A stretch of 64,000 bases of DNA from Sulfurospirillaceae bacterium (lineage in GTDB: Bacteria; Campylobacterota; Campylobacteria; Campylobacterales; Sulfurospirillaceae): contig JAWVXD010000010.1 in NCBI GenBank assembly GCA_033723415.1, positions 11,797-75,796 on the forward strand, given 5' to 3'. The notes below the pieces were generated by a model. It was not told where the DNA came from, made no database searches, and was given only the letters and a program-made list of their open reading frames with translations. Below are positions 32,924-42,177 of this stretch, in pieces. The translations under genes and the position numbers were made by a program. Within the stretch, counting starts at the first letter, position 1. Each line of letters starts with the position of its first letter.

Positions 32924-33415
32924 TTAGGTCAGTACGTAAAATTTACTATCGACTTCCATAACAGGAAAAGAATCAGGTAGTTGTGATCTTTCGATCTCGA
33001 CAAAACCTTTGTTTGTATAAAATCTTTGAGCAGCGTGCATCTTCTTTGTAGTACCAAGATATATATTTTGTACCGATCTTTCTTTTGACCAAGCTAACAA
33101 TGAATCTATGAGTTTGTGAGCTGTTCCTGTTTCCTTGCCTCTATAATCTTTATGAACAAACATCTTACGCAAGGCCGCTTCCTGATTTCCTATGTCGATA
33201 AGAGCAATCGATCCTACTACTTCATCATTGTGAAGTGCAATCCAAAAATTGCCGTTGCCTTGCTGATAAAAATTTTCTATATCAAACAGATCAGGCTGAT
33301 CTTCTGCCGATATCGGGAGATTAAATTCGTTTTGTTGTATATTAACGATCATCGATATCAATTTATCTCTAAGATCAGCTGTAAATGGTGTAACGATAAC
33401 AGTCTCTTTATCCAT
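32924..33415 (-). CDS. GNAT N-acetyltransferase
   Basis: IQQNEF, DQPDL, LRKMFV..YRG, YLGT, AQRFY..GF. Confidence 0.9.
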   Translation of the reverse strand: MDKETVIVTPFTADLRDKLISMIVNIQQNEFNLPISAEDQPDLFDIENFYQQGNGNFWIALHNDEVVGSIALIDIGNQEAALRKMFVHKDYRGKETGTAHKLIDSLLAWSKERSVQNIYLGTTKKMHAAQRFYTNKGFVEIERSQLPDSFPVMEVDSKFYVLT

Positions 33416-33561
33416 ATTAAAAGCTCCTCATCTCAAAATAATTTCAATAAAAAGTTGAAATTATAATAATAAATTGCTTAAAATTTTAAGAAAATGAGAG
33501 TAAATCTCAGATGCCTTGCATATCATTCAAAAGATAAAACTATATCAAAACTTAGCTCGGA

Positions 33562-33879
33562 TCAATCATTGATATAAGAACAGCAATAATCGGTGATGGT
33601 TTTGACTCTCAATGAAAATTTTGAATTTGCTTTGACTTGAAATTCATCGCCTTCGGCTACACTTTTCCATGAACTTTCATCAGGTAACAGGATCTCCAAA
33701 TCTCCTGCCAAGATCTCAATGATCTCTGCTTGTTCTGTTCCAAATTCATAGTTTCCAGGCATCATGATGCCTAAAGTCTTTCTTTCTCCATCTTCAAATA
33801 AAACCGTACGGCTTGTAACCTTGCCGTCAAAATATACATTTGCTTTTTTTATAATGCTGACATTTGTAAAACGATCCAT
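33562..33879 (-). CDS. ppnP: pyrimidine/purine nucleoside phosphorylase (DUF1255)
   Basis: [33 protein letters not shown]. Confidence 0.92.
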   Translation of the reverse strand: MDRFTNVSIIKKANVYFDGKVTSRTVLFEDGERKTLGIMMPGNYEFGTEQAEIIEILAGDLEILLPDESSWKSVAEGDEFQVKANSKFSLRVKTITDYCCSYIND

Positions 33880-33976
33880 AAGAATATCCTTCTGATTTTT
33901 TGAAAATTATAGTGAGATACTGCTTAAAAAGCGAAGAGTAAAAAGGAAACCTCTAGTAGAAAATTGTTGGCACAAA

Positions 33977-34003
33977 AAGAGCAAGCCTTTAAGACCTGCT
34001 CTT
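33977..34003 (-). terminator. terminator after SDR gene
   Basis: aagagca/tgctctt stem with a T-run on the minus strand. Confidence 0.55.
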
Positions 34004-34013
34004 CTTTGCAACA

Positions 34014-34805
34014 CTACAATGCCTTAACAAGTCCGCCATCCACAAGCATGGTTTGTCCCGTTATGTATGTGTTTGCCCCAGAACATAAGAATACGACCAA
34101 TTTTGCTAATTCCTCAGGCTTACCGTAGCGTCCCATCGGGATTGATTTTTCTGTCGATGCGCGCAATTCTTCATAGGTCATCCCTAGTTTTTTCGCCCGC
34201 ATTTCATCAAGCTGCGCAACACGGTCTGTGTCAATCCGACCTGGTCCAACAGTGTTGATCAGTATATTATCCTTTGATAATTCCTGAGATAAGCTTTTTG
34301 CCAATCCCACAACACCCACACGAAAGGTATTTGAGAGGATTAGGTTATCTAAAGTCTGCTTGATAGAAGAGGAAGTGAAATTCACGATATGCCCGCCCCC
34401 GCTTTTTCTCATGCTTGGCAATACCTCGCGAATTAATCGTATGTAACTAAGTAAATTTAATTCAAAAGCTTTTTGCCATTGCTCATCTTCGAAGTTATCA
34501 AAACCTCCGGCAGGAGGTCCGCCTGAGTTATTTACCAATACATCCACTGAATGATACTTAGAAACCGTTACCTCGACCAAGTTTTTAATAGACGCATAAT
34601 CAGTGATATCACATATGACATAATCAACATTTGGATTACCGCTTGCCTCTATTATCTCTTTCACGGTCTCTTCGAGTAACTTTTCATTTCGACTTGATAC
34701 CATAACATTGGCACCTTCTTTTGCAAACTCAAGAGCCGTCGCCTTTCCTAGACCATTGCTACTCGCTGTCACGATAACAGTCTTTCCCTTTAATTTCATA
34801 TCCAT
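34014..34805 (-). CDS. SDR oxidoreductase
   Basis: [18 protein letters not shown], SNxxR, GPGRIDT, IPMGRYG, ITGQ..VDGG. Confidence 0.92.
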   Translation of the reverse strand: MDMKLKGKTVIVTASSNGLGKATALEFAKEGANVMVSSRNEKLLEETVKEIIEASGNPNVDYVICDITDYASIKNLVEVTVSKYHSVDVLVNNSGGPPAGGFDNFEDEQWQKAFELNLLSYIRLIREVLPSMRKSGGGHIVNFTSSSIKQTLDNLILSNTFRVGVVGLAKSLSQELSKDNILINTVGPGRIDTDRVAQLDEMRAKKLGMTYEELRASTEKSIPMGRYGKPEELAKLVVFLCSGANTYITGQTMLVDGGLVKAL

Positions 34806-34820
34806 AGTCTCTGCCACCTT

Positions 34821-35696
34821 TTAGTTGTTATTTTTTAAATCAATCACATTATTTTCAAGCTTTTCAAAACCTTCAATATGACAAGCCACCACATCTCCAT
34901 CTCGAATCACGACTGCTCCTGGAGTACCCGTAGATATAATATCTCCCGGTAACAAGGTCATGACTTTAGAGTGAAAAGAAACTAAGTTCCATGGTTGAAA
35001 GGTCATATTTGCGACGATATTTTCGCGATGCAGTTTTCCATTGATCACAGTAGAAACATTTAGGGCTAAGACATCCTTAACCTCATCCTTTGTAACAAGC
35101 TGCGGTCCAAAGCTAAAAAATGTATCAAAACTTTTTGATCGCGTTAAATAACGTGGGTTTTTTTGCAAAATATCTTCTGCCGTCATGTCTATGATCGTGG
35201 TGTATCCCGCGATAACATCCTGCGCATCTGCTTCTTCGACATTTTTGCATTTCTTACCAATAATGATCCCCAATTCTGCTTCCGCGGTTGTCCTGCTAGA
35301 CTGAATCGGAATCTCAATCGTGTCATTCGGACCGATGATCGTCGTATCGGGTTTCATGAAACTTGCCGGTTCCGTATTGGGGGCAACTTCACTTAAATCA
35401 GCTGCATGTTCTTTATAGTTTAGTCCGATTCCCCATATTTTATGAGGATAGCGATATAACGGACCATAATCGACATTTTTTAAGGAAAGAGGTTGGAGCG
35501 CTTCGAGCTCCTTTTCTCCCGTACTATCAAACCAGGCGACCATCTCATCGAGTGCTCCTTCTTGAATCAAATCAAAAACAGATACGGGCCACTTCATCTT
35601 CAGCATTTCATTGATCAAGGAAATGGGATATACTCCCTTCTTCGTTATTACCGCTGCTTCTTCTTCCTGATTAACTTTGATAGTTCCTAATCGCAT
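34821..35696 (-). CDS. fumarylacetoacetate hydrolase family protein
   Basis: GIGLNY.EH, FMKP, EAELG, KSFDTF, LLPGDIISTGTP. Confidence 0.93.
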   Translation of the reverse strand: MRLGTIKVNQEEEAAVITKKGVYPISLINEMLKMKWPVSVFDLIQEGALDEMVAWFDSTGEKELEALQPLSLKNVDYGPLYRYPHKIWGIGLNYKEHAADLSEVAPNTEPASFMKPDTTIIGPNDTIEIPIQSSRTTAEAELGIIIGKKCKNVEEADAQDVIAGYTTIIDMTAEDILQKNPRYLTRSKSFDTFFSFGPQLVTKDEVKDVLALNVSTVINGKLHRENIVANMTFQPWNLVSFHSKVMTLLPGDIISTGTPGAVVIRDGDVVACHIEGFEKLENNVIDLKNNN

Positions 35697-35889
35697 CGTT
35701 ACACGCTCCTTTGTTATTTGATTTTGTATTTAAGTTCTGTTAGCGAGTCCTGTTATGTTTCTTAGTACTATGATAACTGATTTTGAGAATTTTGTATTGT
35801 ATGATATTGACTTTTTTATTGGATTGATAAAAAGTGATGAAAATTTGACTGCAGAGTGAACAAGTAGCCTGCAATATTTCTCACTGTTC

Positions 35890-36136
35890 ATGAGCATTTT
35901 CTCTTCTTCTACTGAAAGGTAACGCTAATTGCCGATTTCTATATCGAGTTTAAAACTGCCGATGCTAATTCTTTTCAAATTTAAAACAATTAAGGGTGTT
36001 CCAAATTTTGGGTTTTTGAGTGCCCCAAAAGATCATAAACTGTTTTTCTCCCAAGATCATCGGAGCGAGTGACTAGAGAACCCTTAGGCTTATTGAGTGC
36101 TAACAGTATTTTCGAATCGTTCGTTGTTACATTCAT
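35890..36136 (-). pseudogene. RsuA/RluB/RluE-type pseudouridine synthase relic with internal deletion
   Basis: AGGA RBS + MNVTTNDSKILLALNKPKGSLVTRSDDLGRKTVYDLL, then another frame GALKNPKFGTPLIVLNLKRISIGSFKLDIEIGN*RYLSVEEE; catalytic GRLD core absent. Confidence 0.85.
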
Positions 36137-36215
36137 GAGGTCTATTTCCTTAGGTGCTTTTTAGAGGCTCTTAAATTAAGATTGTTTTCTAGAATTCTTG
36201 GGACAGTTTAGAATG

Positions 36216-37370
36216 TTACTTTAAATGATAAATACAATATGAATAGATTATTGCAATAGACATAGGCATAAATATTTTCATTAATAACAAAATTTTGTTT
36301 ATTCGATTATATATATTTAAATGCTGTTTTGCTTCATCTTTATATTTTTTGAAAAACCATCTCAATATCTTTTTGCTTACAAACCTAATAATTCCTATTG
36401 ATATAATCATGGAAATAAAAAACCCGGTCATAGCTTCTTTTAAAAACAATGATACATTCCCTAAACTTTCCGGGAAATAATAAATGCTTATTACCGTAAA
36501 TGATAGAATATAGACAATAGTAGATATAATTAATATAGATATTTTATCTTTTTTATCACTTTCTTCCGCCATTTTTCTCATTATTTTTTTATACATACTA
36601 GGATCAGTTGTTTCAATCTCAGAGAGCTTTTCATAATTACTGATATCCACTTCTGGCATTGGCAGTTGAGCTATAATCATAACCCAAGAAAGTATTATTG
36701 AAAGTAGAGAAATTGATATAATTACAATATGTATGTAATGTGATGTTGATGATTGATTAATGACTGATAGAATAACATTAATTTGTATAAACAATGATCC
36801 AACAAGGAAAGCTATAAACAAGAAAATTAAAATTAATGCAAACATAGACATTACAAATAGAGTAAAGCCATGTGGGACGATTGATTTATTTGCTTCCTTA
36901 TATACAAAGCTATCAGAATATTCATCAAGAAATGTATATGAATAATATTTACGAATGTTACTATTTGGAGAAAGCTTTTTCAAACACTCGTTAACTAATC
37001 CCTTGATATATTTTTGATGTGCCGCTAAAATGGTATTAATTGGTGAAAGAACAGAAGCTACAAGTAAAATAAACTCTTTATATTTAGATATATTTTTAAA
37101 TCCATATCCAAGTATTTCAAATTCAGAATCACCAATCTTTTGGGAAATAAATAACGACAACATTAATATAGTATATGCAATACTAATTTGTATCACTATT
37201 CGATTAATACTTCTTAATTTTTCAGCCAATTTTTCAACATATTTTTCACCAAAATATTCTTGAAATATCTTCTCATCACTTATAATATCTGAAAATTCAT
37301 CGAGTTTTCTTGATAGATTAGTCCGCCATTTGATTTGACGCAATTCCATTATATTAGTATCTTTATCCAT
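36216..37370 (-). CDS. AT-rich multi-pass membrane protein of unknown function
   Basis: 384-aa ORF with about 7 hydrophobic segments; visibly more AT-rich than neighbours. Confidence 0.75.
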   Translation of the reverse strand: MDKDTNIMELRQIKWRTNLSRKLDEFSDIISDEKIFQEYFGEKYVEKLAEKLRSINRIVIQISIAYTILMLSLFISQKIGDSEFEILGYGFKNISKYKEFILLVASVLSPINTILAAHQKYIKGLVNECLKKLSPNSNIRKYYSYTFLDEYSDSFVYKEANKSIVPHGFTLFVMSMFALILIFLFIAFLVGSLFIQINVILSVINQSSTSHYIHIVIISISLLSIILSWVMIIAQLPMPEVDISNYEKLSEIETTDPSMYKKIMRKMAEESDKKDKISILIISTIVYILSFTVISIYYFPESLGNVSLFLKEAMTGFFISMIISIGIIRFVSKKILRWFFKKYKDEAKQHLNIYNRINKILLLMKIFMPMSIAIIYSYCIYHLK

Positions 37371-37627
37371 TAATATTCCTATTATGCTAAAATCCTAATC
37401 AACTTTTATTTTTTTTGAAAACAAAACATTATATACATTTTTCTATTGCATAGCAAATTGTGTTACTATGCAAGAATGATAAATGAGAAGATTTCGATGT
37501 CGAGTTTCAAAATAAATACCAGGTATTTACCCAATATGATATAATCTCCTGTTTTTACGAACGAACTTCTTATTTGTTATGAGTTTATAAGAAGTATAGA
37601 CTTTAAAAAACTGAATGAGGGAGAATT

Positions 37628-38116
37628 GTGATAGATATCTTTACTTTGCAGTTTGTCTTTGGCTTGCTTGCAACCACGTTTATCGTGACCGGGATGTTTC
37701 TAAAAACGAGAAAAAATATACTGCTTTTAAAGCTTTCAGCAGATATCTCCTGGGTGCTGGCCTTTGTAGTGCAAGGAGCGATGGCTGGGACTATTGCCAT
37801 GATTTTTACGACAATGAGGACATTTTTTGGCAGGAACTTTGCACAACTTAGGTCTATCGGTATGTTTCTATGGCTTTGTTCGGTAGTGCTGACTCTTATC
37901 TTTTGGAAAGGCTTTTATGATGTCTTCTCCTTGATAGGACTTACTTTTGTAACCATAGCCGTCTATGTAAACAATCCAAAAATAGTCAAACTTTTTATCA
38001 TGATGGCTGCTATCTCTTGGTGCTTTTATGGATATTTTATAGGATATTTTGAGATTATCCTCTTTGAGTTTTGTATCATAATTGCAGGAATGATCAATAT
38101 CTATAGAAAGAGTTAG
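37628..38116 (+). CDS. YgjV-like inner membrane protein
   Basis: GTG start with GAGGG RBS; KTRKNILLL, GAMAG..R, W..Y, E motifs. Confidence 0.7.
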   Translation: MIDIFTLQFVFGLLATTFIVTGMFLKTRKNILLLKLSADISWVLAFVVQGAMAGTIAMIFTTMRTFFGRNFAQLRSIGMFLWLCSVVLTLIFWKGFYDVFSLIGLTFVTIAVYVNNPKIVKLFIMMAAISWCFYGYFIGYFEIILFEFCIIIAGMINIYRKS

Positions 38117-38185
38117 ATTAAGATGAAGTTTCTGTGAAACTTAGCAACTTTCACATCCTTCTATTTCTATGAGATAACTTTTCTA

Positions 38186-38599
38186 TCATGATCGGAGTCT
38201 TTTACCAAGGCTCACGACCTTGTCGGTACTGTAGCCGATCTTATCGTAAAATGCTAAGACTTCCAGATTGGATTCTCTCACTTGGAGATTGATCTTTGGG
38301 CAGCCTTTTTTTATAAGTCGCTGCTCTACTTCAGTCATGAGCTTTCTAGCAACTCCGCATCTACGGGATTTTGGGTCAACCGCGAGGTAGTTTATCCAAC
38401 CTCGATGCCCCTCATAGCCTCCCATGACGGAACCTATTATTTTGCCTTCTTCTTTCAGCACGAGGAACAGATCCGGATCTACTTTCATCTTTCGCTCTAT
38501 ATCTTTTTTGGGATCATTTTGCGGTGCGAGCAAACCGCATCGACTCCATAGATCGATCACTTCATCCGTGTTTTCGAGTTTAAACTCATCTATGTGCAT
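38186..38599 (-). CDS. GNAT acetyltransferase, YpeA-like
   Basis: NDPKKDIERK, MGGYEGHRGWINYLAV, GCPKINLQVR. Confidence 0.92.
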   Translation of the reverse strand: MHIDEFKLENTDEVIDLWSRCGLLAPQNDPKKDIERKMKVDPDLFLVLKEEGKIIGSVMGGYEGHRGWINYLAVDPKSRRCGVARKLMTEVEQRLIKKGCPKINLQVRESNLEVLAFYDKIGYSTDKVVSLGKRLRS

Positions 38600-38754
38600 G
38601 TGTCACCTCTTTCTATCCATCTAAAATACTAAATTTTAACATATTATTTCAAATATCTTGATTTTGGTTAGTTTTATAAACAATTGTGCTAACTTGAGTA
38701 TAATTATCAAAAAGAAATTAAAAATGACAACTCTTTGTTTATTGGATTTTTGAT

Positions 38755-39624
38755 ATGAAATTAGCAATTTTTGGCGGAAGCTTTGATCCTCCTCATGTAG
38801 GTCATGAGATGATCGTGCGTGAAGCTCTGCGTTGTTTGGATATAGACAAACTTTTTGTGGTTCCAACTTATCTCAATCCCCTCAAGCGAGACTCTTTTGC
38901 TCCTGCTTCACAACGTATTAAGTGGCTCTCTCAGATGTTCGCCAGCGAAGAAAAAGTTGAGATACTTGACTTTGAAGTAAAACAACAAAGAAGCGTTTAT
39001 ACGATAGAGACCATCAAGTATCTACTTGAAAATTTTGAAATCTCAAAAATATACTTGATCATCGGTGCAGACAACTACGCTATATTCGACAAGTGGAAAG
39101 ATCATGATAAGATAGAGCAGGTTTGCGAGTTGGTCGTAGCTTCGAGAGATGATGCCTTTTATCCAAAAGACTTGAAAAAATTGAATATAAATGCTAATAT
39201 AAGCTCCTCCAAACTTCGGGCGCATATGAACGCATCTTTTATCCCAAAAATAATAAGAAATGAAGTTACAGAGTATTACACAAGGAAAAAAATGGAAAAA
39301 AGAATAGAAAGAATAGTAAATATCTTAGATACCAACAAAGCAGAAAGTATACAGACTTTTGATATGAGCAACAAAGACTATATAGTTGATCACGTTGTTA
39401 TAGCGACAACGTTAGGTGAAAGACATGGTTTTGCTTTGCTTAACACACTTAAAGATGAATTGAAAAGTGAAGGTGAAGAATTTCTAAATATAGATGAATC
39501 AAGTGATTGGGTTATCTTGGATATGGGAGATATTTTGGTACATTTGATGAGCCCTCCCTACAGAGAAAAGTATAATATAGAAGAATTTTTAACCAATCGA
39601 GAGTTAGAATTAAATAAACAATAA
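38755..39624 (+). CDS. nadD: nicotinate-nucleotide adenylyltransferase fused to ribosome silencing factor RsfS
   Basis: FGGSFDPPHVGH, IIGADN, ISSS, then in-frame MEKRIE..KAE..VVIAT..WVILDMGDILVHLM..REKYNIEEF from 39292. Confidence 0.92.
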   Translation: MKLAIFGGSFDPPHVGHEMIVREALRCLDIDKLFVVPTYLNPLKRDSFAPASQRIKWLSQMFASEEKVEILDFEVKQQRSVYTIETIKYLLENFEISKIYLIIGADNYAIFDKWKDHDKIEQVCELVVASRDDAFYPKDLKKLNINANISSSKLRAHMNASFIPKIIRNEVTEYYTRKKMEKRIERIVNILDTNKAESIQTFDMSNKDYIVDHVVIATTLGERHGFALLNTLKDELKSEGEEFLNIDESSDWVILDMGDILVHLMSPPYREKYNIEEFLTNRELELNKQ

Positions 39625-39637
39625 GATGTAGTTTTTA

Positions 39638-41224
39638 CTACATCTTATCTTTTGCTTCTATTCCCATAAGTCTAAGCCCTACTCTCAAACTCAAAGCAAC
39701 AGTTGCAAATATTTTCAAGAATTTATCTTCGTTTGCTTCACCAACCACTCTGTTTTCATTGTAAAATTTATGCAGATTTGAAGCCAACATCTTAAGATAA
39801 TCACTAAGTCTTTGCACTTGTCTACTTGCAAATGCATCTTCTAGGACTTCAGGTAATAAAAGTGCTGTATATAGTAAGTTTATAGCATCTTCACTCAAAT
39901 CTTCCAGTTGCACGGATATGATATCTTCGACTTTTTTACCGCTCTTTTCAAAAACTTGGTTTATCCTGGCGTGTGCGTAATTTATATAAAATATCGGATT
40001 TGTGCTGTCATGTTGTTTTAGCATGTCTACATCAAACTCTAGATGAGTATCTGCTTTTTTGCTCAAAAATACAAACCTGAGTGCATCTTTGCCTATGTCA
40101 TCCACAACATCACTCATCAAGATAAAATTACCGCTTCTCTTGCTCATCTTATACGGTTCACCGCCTTTTAAAAGTGAAACCATTTGAGCTAGAATTATCT
40201 CTAGCTTACTCTCATCATAACCCAAGAAGTTGATAGCAGCTTTTACTCTGGCTATATATCCGTGGTGATCGGCTCCCCAGATGTTGATGTATCTGTCATA
40301 TTTTCTTTGGAACTTATTGTCATGATAGATGATATCACCGGCCAGGTAAGTTGCTCGTCCATCATCTCTGACAACAACCCTGTCTTTTTCATCACCAAAT
40401 TCACTAGATTTGATCCAAACCTTTGCATCTTTCTCATAAGTTTTATCATGTTTTTGAAGGAGTCTAAAGCTATCATCCCATTTGTCATACAATGATTTTT
40501 CACTCACAAAAAAGTCAAATGAGATACCGACTTGTGCTAGATTTGCTCGAATCAACTCTAACATCATCTCTCTTCCCCAGTCGGCAAGAATCTCTATATT
40601 ATCTTCATCTTTAAAAATATCTAAGTTAAAATCTTCAGCAGCTCTACGCGCTAGATCTTGTATATAGTCGCCTCTGTAGAACTCTTCAGGCCAGTTCACG
40701 TCAAGTTTTAGTAAATTTTCACGTCCTGATAGGTAAATAGAAAGACCTAGTAGTCTTATCTGATTTCCGGCATCATTGACATAATACTCACTATCTATGG
40801 TGTAGCCTAAATGCTTTCCTATCTTACACAATGCGTCACCTATGACGGCACCTCTTGCATGACCTATGTGAAGCGGTCCGGTAGGATTTGCACTCACAAA
40901 CTCAAGTAAAATGGTCTCATCATTTTCATCTTTTGCAAAATCTTCTTCATGAGAAATCGCCCATGTTGCGTATTCATCCAAAAAAGATTCACTGAGTTTA
41001 AAGTTGATGTAGCCTTTCAATGCAGTAACTTCTTTAAAGATACTGCTTTCTTGGAAATCAAGACACAGCTCTTCAGCGATGATTATAGGTGATTTTTTTA
41101 ATTCTTTTGCCAGGGAAAAAGCTATAGGTGTAGCATAATGTCCAAAAGAGAGATCCTTTGGCTTTTCCAAAGAGAACTCCCTGTTTAACTTATCTTTTAT
41201 ATTGTTTATGATTTTTTTTTTCAA
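39638..41224 (-). CDS. argS: arginine--tRNA ligase
   Basis: EFVSANPTGPLHIGHARGA, WGADHHGY, KMSKRSG, YAHAR. Confidence 0.97.
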   Translation of the reverse strand: MKKKIINNIKDKLNREFSLEKPKDLSFGHYATPIAFSLAKELKKSPIIIAEELCLDFQESSIFKEVTALKGYINFKLSESFLDEYATWAISHEEDFAKDENDETILLEFVSANPTGPLHIGHARGAVIGDALCKIGKHLGYTIDSEYYVNDAGNQIRLLGLSIYLSGRENLLKLDVNWPEEFYRGDYIQDLARRAAEDFNLDIFKDEDNIEILADWGREMMLELIRANLAQVGISFDFFVSEKSLYDKWDDSFRLLQKHDKTYEKDAKVWIKSSEFGDEKDRVVVRDDGRATYLAGDIIYHDNKFQRKYDRYINIWGADHHGYIARVKAAINFLGYDESKLEIILAQMVSLLKGGEPYKMSKRSGNFILMSDVVDDIGKDALRFVFLSKKADTHLEFDVDMLKQHDSTNPIFYINYAHARINQVFEKSGKKVEDIISVQLEDLSEDAINLLYTALLLPEVLEDAFASRQVQRLSDYLKMLASNLHKFYNENRVVGEANEDKFLKIFATVALSLRVGLRLMGIEAKDKM

Positions 41225-41235
41225 ATTTTGAAGCC

Positions 41236-41454
41236 TTAAGCCTTAGTGTGATCTTCTACATTGTTGTTTTTTTCTGCAGCTTTTTTATCTGCTTCGATTT
41301 TTGCTTCCTCTTCCTCGTCTTCTCTCATAGCTTTTTTGAAATTTTTGATTCCTTTTCCCATACCTTGTGCAAGATCCGGTATCTTTTTAGCACCAAATAG
41401 TAAAACTACTATCGCTAAAACCACTAATAACTCAGGCATACTTGGCATACCCAT
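41236..41454 (-). CDS. tatA: twin-arginine translocase TatA
   Basis: [23 protein letters not shown]. Confidence 0.95.
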   Translation of the reverse strand: MGMPSMPELLVVLAIVVLLFGAKKIPDLAQGMGKGIKNFKKAMREDEEEEAKIEADKKAAEKNNNVEDHTKA

Positions 41455-41561
41455 GGTGTCTCCTTTGTATTTCTTCATCGCACTTAAGCGTTAAGAAGTG
41501 TATTTTAAAATCTAAAAGAAATTATATCGTATTTAAATTAAATGAAGTTTCTATTTTCAAA

Positions 41562-42173
41562 TTATTCGTTTGCCCAAGAGCTTATAAATTCTTCAGTATT
41601 TATAGAAGTGATTTTGTGTTTTGAAGCATACGCTATAGAGATCAAAGCTTCTAGTGCTTTGTCAAACTCGTCATTTATAAGTAGGTAATCATACTCTTTT
41701 ACGCGTGTCATCTCTGAGATTGCGTTGTTTAGCCTCTTTTCTATGATCTCTTGACTATCAGTGCCACGCTGTATAAGCCTCTCCCTTAGTATCTCTTGGC
41801 TGGGAGTTGTCAAGAAAATAGAAGTTATGATATTTCCAAACTTCTCTTTTGCTATTTTGTGCCCTTGTACGTCGATATCAAAAACCACCAATTTACCGTT
41901 ATTGAGTTCTTTCAATATAGGCTTTAGACTAGTTCCGTAGTAGTTATCATGAACCCGTGCCCACTCAAGGAAATTGCCATCTTCAATATCTTGCTTAAAT
42001 TTTTCCCTGCTGATAAAAAAGTAATCTTCTCCCTCAACCTCATCATCTCTTTTGGCTCTTGTCGTAGTTGAGATTGAAAAATATGTGTTTTCTACCCTGC
42101 TTAACATCTCATGCATCAAAGAACTCTTTCCTGATCCGCTAGGACCGGATATAACCAGGATACTTCCTTTCAT
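41562..42173 (-). CDS. gmk: guanylate kinase
   Basis: SGPSGSGKS, STTTR, FLEWA.VH.NYYGT, DIDVQG. Confidence 0.96.
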   Translation of the reverse strand: MKGSILVISGPSGSGKSSLMHEMLSRVENTYFSISTTTRAKRDDEVEGEDYFFISREKFKQDIEDGNFLEWARVHDNYYGTSLKPILKELNNGKLVVFDIDVQGHKIAKEKFGNIITSIFLTTPSQEILRERLIQRGTDSQEIIEKRLNNAISEMTRVKEYDYLLINDEFDKALEALISIAYASKHKITSINTEEFISSWANE

Positions 42174-42177
42174 AGTC

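Noticed and set aside
18907..38599. Integron-like cassette array (many short, mostly minus-strand GNAT/ABM/hydrolase genes)
   Set aside because: No intI, no recurring RYYYAAC...GTTRRRY attC structure or shared intergenic repeat seen; most genes have their own -10 and RBS, and orientation is mixed.
41212..41221. Poly-A/T tracts (argS start, pcm) as phase-variation switches
   Set aside because: They are in-frame Lys codons in an AT-rich genome, and argS is essential; no long poly-G tracts were seen.
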